Shown here piece by piece: positions 60,013-64,000 of a stretch of DNA of 64,000 bases; the stretch's first letter is position 1, and each line of letters begins with the position of its first letter. Location: the NCBI GenBank assembly GCA_965365345.1, contig CBDUBH010000005.1:913-64912 (forward strand), given 5' to 3'. A model generated the notes under the pieces. It made no database searches, was not told the DNA's origin, and was given only the letters and a program-made list of their open reading frames with translations. The stretch is from an uncultured Melioribacteraceae bacterium (GTDB lineage Bacteria; Bacteroidota; Ignavibacteria; Ignavibacteriales; SURF-24). The position numbers were made by a program, and so were the translations under genes.

Positions 60013-60044
60013 CGCCGTCACTTGTCAAAATTCAAATGACGGCG
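60013..60044. terminator. Hairpin between convergent genes
   Basis: cgccgtca...tgacggcg stem. Confidence 0.6.
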
Positions 60045-60088
60045 AAAGTTTATCATACTTTTAATTTTATAGCTCAATTTTTAATTGA

Positions 60089-61342
60089 TCAGGATCTTAC
60101 CCATTGAACAATTTCAGAGAATTTTGGTTTCTTGCCTGTAGATAAAATTCCGACTTTGTAAATTTTTCCCGATAGCCAAAAAACAAATATCATTGTTAAA
60201 ATACTTAAACCTATTGAAAGTAAAAATTCCCACACCGGAACATCAACCAAAGTTATTCTTGCCGGCATAACCATTAGTGAAGCAAACGGGAAAAGCGAAG
60301 CAATTTTTGCAATTGTGTTTTCAGGGTTTCCCTGCATCGAAATAGCAATGAAAAACGGGATCATGATAAGCATCATAACCGGCCATTGACCTGATTGTGA
60401 ATCTTGTTCATTATCAAACATTGCTCCAACTGCGGCAAACAAGCCCATAAAAGTTACAAGCCCGATCAAATAATTGAATAAGAAATAAACTATATGCCAC
60501 ATTTCTAAATTAAGCACAAACTCCGCCGGAAGCATGAAAATACTTGTTGAGATCAATACTATCAAAGGCGATAGCCATATTGCCATTTGAACCAATCCTG
60601 TGATCGAGACGCCTAGAATCTTTCCGGTCATAAGTTCCTGACTGTTTACCGATGACAAAAGTACTTCAACTATTCTGTTATTTTTTTCCTGAACAACAGA
60701 ACGCATCATAATTGTGCCGATAAAAAGCAAACTGAAATAAAGCAGAAATGTAAATAAAAATGATAAGATCAGATTTCCGTAACCTTCTTCGGAAATATTA
60801 TCTTTAGAAATTCTGAATCCGCTGAAATCAACAGAACTGCTTGCAAAAGAAATATCTTTTGAAGTAATTTCTTTTTCCCTAAAATAATTTGCAACTAAAG
60901 ATTTATTTATTCCATCTTTCAGTTTTGAAAACATTTGCTGATTGTTCGGATTTTTAGAATAATATTCAATTTTTTTATCTTCAATAGCAGATTTAGGAAC
61001 GTAAACAATTCCTGTGATTTTATCTTCGATCAATTTTTGTTTTTCATCTTCAAGATATTTTTTGAATTCATCTTTAGATAAAGTTTTGAAATCCGCCACA
61101 AAAAAATCTTTCGGCTTTTGATTTGTCAATTCCGCCTGAAGTCCGTTTGTAATTTCTGCATCCTCTGAAATTACGCTTATTATGGAATCGCTATCGCCGC
61201 CGTAACTCATCAAAAATGTTTGCAAACCTAAAGTTCCGAACATAAAAATCGGGATAAGCAAAGTCATTATAATAAATGATTTAGAAAAAAGTTTTTCTCT
61301 TAATTCTCTTTTTAAGATTGCTAAAGTTCTGTTATTAAACAC
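60089..61342 (-). CDS. ABC-2 transporter permease (NatB/YhaP-like)
   Basis: True start probably the GTG at 61342 with AGGAGG RBS, overlapping the ATPase stop; EKNNRIVEVLLSS, GKILG. Confidence 0.88.
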   Translation of the reverse strand: MFNNRTLAILKRELREKLFSKSFIIMTLLIPIFMFGTLGLQTFLMSYGGDSDSIISVISEDAEITNGLQAELTNQKPKDFFVADFKTLSKDEFKKYLEDEKQKLIEDKITGIVYVPKSAIEDKKIEYYSKNPNNQQMFSKLKDGINKSLVANYFREKEITSKDISFASSSVDFSGFRISKDNISEEGYGNLILSFLFTFLLYFSLLFIGTIMMRSVVQEKNNRIVEVLLSSVNSQELMTGKILGVSITGLVQMAIWLSPLIVLISTSIFMLPAEFVLNLEMWHIVYFLFNYLIGLVTFMGLFAAVGAMFDNEQDSQSGQWPVMMLIMIPFFIAISMQGNPENTIAKIASLFPFASLMVMPARITLVDVPVWEFLLSIGLSILTMIFVFWLSGKIYKVGILSTGKKPKFSEIVQWVRS

Positions 61343-62270
61343 TGTAAACCTCCTCCTGTAAAATTGATTCGGAATCGGAGCCTGCAACTTCAACAAATAT
61401 TTCGTGAAGTGAAATTTCGTTAGCATCAAATTTTTTAATTGTAATTCCGTTTGAAATAAGCAATTGTAAAAGTTGCTGAGTTTGCGAAGCATCTTTAATT
61501 CTTATTCCGGTAGTGTTTCCAAAATTTTCAATTTTTTCTACTAAAGGATGATTTTGTAAAAATGAAATATCGCCTTCGTAATTAAGAACAACATTTTTTT
61601 GCGCAAATCTCTTTTTCAGATCTTTTAATGAGCCGTTTAGTAAAGTTTTTCCTTTATCAATCATTACAATGTGATCGCACATTTTTTCGGCAAAATCCAT
61701 TAAGTGAGTTGAAAAGATTATCACTTTCCCTTGTTTTTTCAGATCTAAAATAATTTCTTTTAAAAGATTGGTGTTGATAGGATCCAATCCTGAAAAAGGT
61801 TCATCTAAAATAATAAATTCCGGATCGTGCAGAATTGTTGCGATGAATTGGACTTTTTGCTGATTACCTTTTGAAAGATCTTCTACTTTCCCGTTTTTTC
61901 TATCTGCAAGTTGAAATCTTTCCAAATATTCATTTGCTTTTTTTTCAACTTTGCTGCCGGTTTTCCCTTTAATTTCAGCAAAGAATAAAAGTGTTTCCAT
62001 AACTTTCATTTTTTTGTAAAGTCCGCGCTCTTCTGGTAAATATCCGACTCTGTCTTTAAATTCCTGTCCGACCTTTACGCCTTTAAAAATTACTTCACCG
62101 CTATCGGGATAAAAAATGTTCATCATCATTCTGATGGTTGTGGTTTTTCCCGCGCCGTTTCTACCGATAAGTCCGAACACGGAATTTTCCGGAACTTCAA
62201 AAGAAACATTATCAACAGCTTTAATATTTCCGAAAGTTTTAGTGAGATTTTTTACTTGGAGAATACTCAT
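61335..62270 (-). CDS. ABC transporter ATP-binding protein (NatA/YhaQ-like)
   Basis: GRNGAGKTT, GYLPEERGLY, LSKGNQQK, LDEPFSGLDP. Confidence 0.93.
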   Translation of the reverse strand: MSILQVKNLTKTFGNIKAVDNVSFEVPENSVFGLIGRNGAGKTTTIRMMMNIFYPDSGEVIFKGVKVGQEFKDRVGYLPEERGLYKKMKVMETLLFFAEIKGKTGSKVEKKANEYLERFQLADRKNGKVEDLSKGNQQKVQFIATILHDPEFIILDEPFSGLDPINTNLLKEIILDLKKQGKVIIFSTHLMDFAEKMCDHIVMIDKGKTLLNGSLKDLKKRFAQKNVVLNYEGDISFLQNHPLVEKIENFGNTTGIRIKDASQTQQLLQLLISNGITIKKFDANEISLHEIFVEVAGSDSESILQEEVYSV

Positions 62271-62375
62271 CTTTAGCCCTTATATTTTAGAGTTAGACGT
62301 AAAAGTAAGAAATTTTGTTCAATTTTTCAGAATAAAATTTTTTAATAAAGAAATTTGGAATGATATAATTAAAAT

Positions 62376-63140
62376 TTACCTTTCTAATTCGGCTTCCGGC
62401 TGTATTGTTTGAATTCTATTATGAAATTCTTTGTCAGTAGGAAAATAAACTTTAATGTTATTAAATTTATTATCGCCCCATTGATCTTCGCGAAGAAGCC
62501 AGTTTTTTACAAATTCCGCAACTGAACTTTTTGCTTTTTCATCAACAAGCGAAATTCTTTTTTCGTTATTTGCAGCTTGCATTAATTTCGGAGTTAAACT
62601 TTGCTGAAGTTCTTCCAGCGATCTTTTAGCATCGAATCTTGCCCAGCCTTCTTTTATTACAAGCTTTTGCATTTTATCCGTATTAATTGCCGGCGGCTGC
62701 GAAGCTCTTATTTCCGGCGCGTAAACAATGCAGGTGTTATCATTTACTTCCAAATGCCACGGATCTGAAAGTTGAATGTGATAGCGATAAGTTACGGGAA
62801 CTCGGATTTCAACAATATTTTCACCGAGTTCGAAAGTGCCCCAAAAAAGACTTTGATTATCGGTTCTTGTAAAAATTTCGGTGTTATTCATTACGGCAAT
62901 TTCTAAAATATTTCCGTTTGTAGAAATTATTTCCGGAATTGAAGAAATAAAAGTTTCAGTAATATTTCCGGTTCTGAATTTTTCGGCAATTCCTGAAACT
63001 TTTTCAAAATTATTATCAATCGTACTTTGACAGCTTCTTATTGAAAGAAATAAAAAGACAATAATTACCGACAGTAGCAATAGTGGAATTATATAACGCA
63101 GACTTAAAAATATTTTTGTATAGTTATAATACTTTTTCAT
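62376..63140 (-). CDS. DUF4230-like membrane-anchored protein
   Basis: N-terminal TM helix, VEIRVPVTYRYHIQL, EKAKSSVAEFV pattern. Confidence 0.6.
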   Translation of the reverse strand: MKKYYNYTKIFLSLRYIIPLLLLSVIIVFLFLSIRSCQSTIDNNFEKVSGIAEKFRTGNITETFISSIPEIISTNGNILEIAVMNNTEIFTRTDNQSLFWGTFELGENIVEIRVPVTYRYHIQLSDPWHLEVNDNTCIVYAPEIRASQPPAINTDKMQKLVIKEGWARFDAKRSLEELQQSLTPKLMQAANNEKRISLVDEKAKSSVAEFVKNWLLREDQWGDNKFNNIKVYFPTDKEFHNRIQTIQPEAELER

Positions 63141-63422
63141 TTTGAAAAGTGATCCTTAAAATTCCGCAGTAAATTTTGCCGTTACTTTTGAAATATTTCT
63201 AACAAATTTCGAAATTTAAATTCAAAAATCATAATAAAAATTCATTTACCGGAAATTTGCAATATCAATTTTAATAAAAATCATTTAGAAATATTATTAA
63301 AATCATTTCTATCATTAATTTAAAATCCGTATTTCGATTTTTTAAAACTTTATTTTGATTTATACTTTTGTTAAAATCTTAAGTTCCATTTGAAATCTTT
63401 AGTTCCCTGTTTTAGATCCGAT

Positions 63423-63458
63423 AAAAAAAATGCCGGAACATTTAAAATATCCCGGCAT
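63423..63458 (-). terminator. Rho-independent terminator
   Basis: atgccgg...ccggcat stem with an 8-A tract (U tract on the minus strand). Confidence 0.7.
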
Positions 63459-63483
63459 AATAAATCGGCACAACAACAAATAA

Positions 63484-63735
63484 CTATTTTCTTTTGAGGA
63501 ATAATCTGTAAAGCCAAAGTAAAAGTACGGCGCCAATCACCGATCCAATAAATCCTGCTGAATCATCTTCACCATAAAATCCAACCAATCTGCCTAAGAA
63601 AGTAAACAAGAGCGCGCCAACAACGCCAATAATCATCGTAACAACGCATCCGCCGGGATCTTTTCCGGGCATAATCAATTTAGCTATACCGCCAGCAATC
63701 AATCCAATTATTGCCGCACCAATCAAATGTAACAT
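63484..63735 (-). CDS. GlsB/YeaQ/YmgE (transglycosylase-associated) membrane protein
   Basis: IIGLIAGGIAKLIMPGKDPGG...GFIGSVIGAVLLL. Confidence 0.92.
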   Translation of the reverse strand: MLHLIGAAIIGLIAGGIAKLIMPGKDPGGCVVTMIIGVVGALLFTFLGRLVGFYGEDDSAGFIGSVIGAVLLLWLYRLFLKRK

Positions 63736-63865
63736 TTCCCATCCTCATATTTTGTTTGCAAAAAATCCGCTCCTTCTATGTATAGATAAAAATTTTTTAA
63801 ATTTTTCAAACAGAAAAATTTATATTAAAACTTTTTTTGTTTAATTTTGTTTAATCTTCTACAGA

Positions 63866-64000
63866 ATGTTGAATTTGAGTTTTATTATGTTTCCAACTGA
63901 TTTAAATTTTTTGTTCGTTTCGTTAAGCAACGTAAAATTTTCGGATGTTGTTGATGTTTTGATAGTTTCCGTTTTTGCTTACGTTATAATTAATCTTTTG
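63866..64000 (+). CDS. N-terminus of a probable diadenylate cyclase (CdaA/DacA-like); runs off the window end
   Basis: Open frame MLNLSFIMFPTDLNFLFVSLSNVKFSDVVDVLIVSVFAYVIINLL; DxxDxLIV...Y resembles CdaA TM1. Start may be 63887. Confidence 0.5.
   Translation, partial: MLNLSFIMFPTDLNFLFVSLSNVKFSDVVDVLIVSVFAYVIINLL

Noticed and set aside
61343-61492. N-terminal extension of the ABC permease in the ORF track
   Set aside because: Overlaps the ATPase by about 150 nt; the GTG at 61342 has an AGGAGG RBS.

Overview
AT-rich bacterial chromosomal window. Two proteins ending in a YPNPFNP...KMxLxK C-terminal sorting domain and the general gene content suggest Ignavibacteria or a related Bacteroidota-Chlorobi lineage (inference). 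It holds about 50 CDS: glmS, a surface-polysaccharide glycosyltransferase block, secreted hydrolases, an NO-detoxification module (qNor, DUF1858/2249 protein, Ric), a type IV pilus-like operon and housekeeping or transport genes. No rRNA, tRNA, CRISPR array or transposase was recognised. The strongest candidate for a new system is a four-gene minus-strand operon at 21135-24738. It encodes an ArsM-like As(III) methyltransferase, an unannotated 31-aa Cys-containing peptide (MKTLIKNGKKTDKKVAQCCAKVSAVVAGCHD, missing from the ORF track), a radical SAM/SPASM maturase and a Trx-TrxR fusion, with a TonB-dependent receptor transcribed divergently. This looks like a RiPP cluster linked to arsenic or thiol methylation. 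The second candidate is the pilus operon, whose pilins essentially lack a class III leader peptide and which has a sigma54-type promoter and a palindromic enhancer. All family calls come from motif recognition by eye, not database searches.
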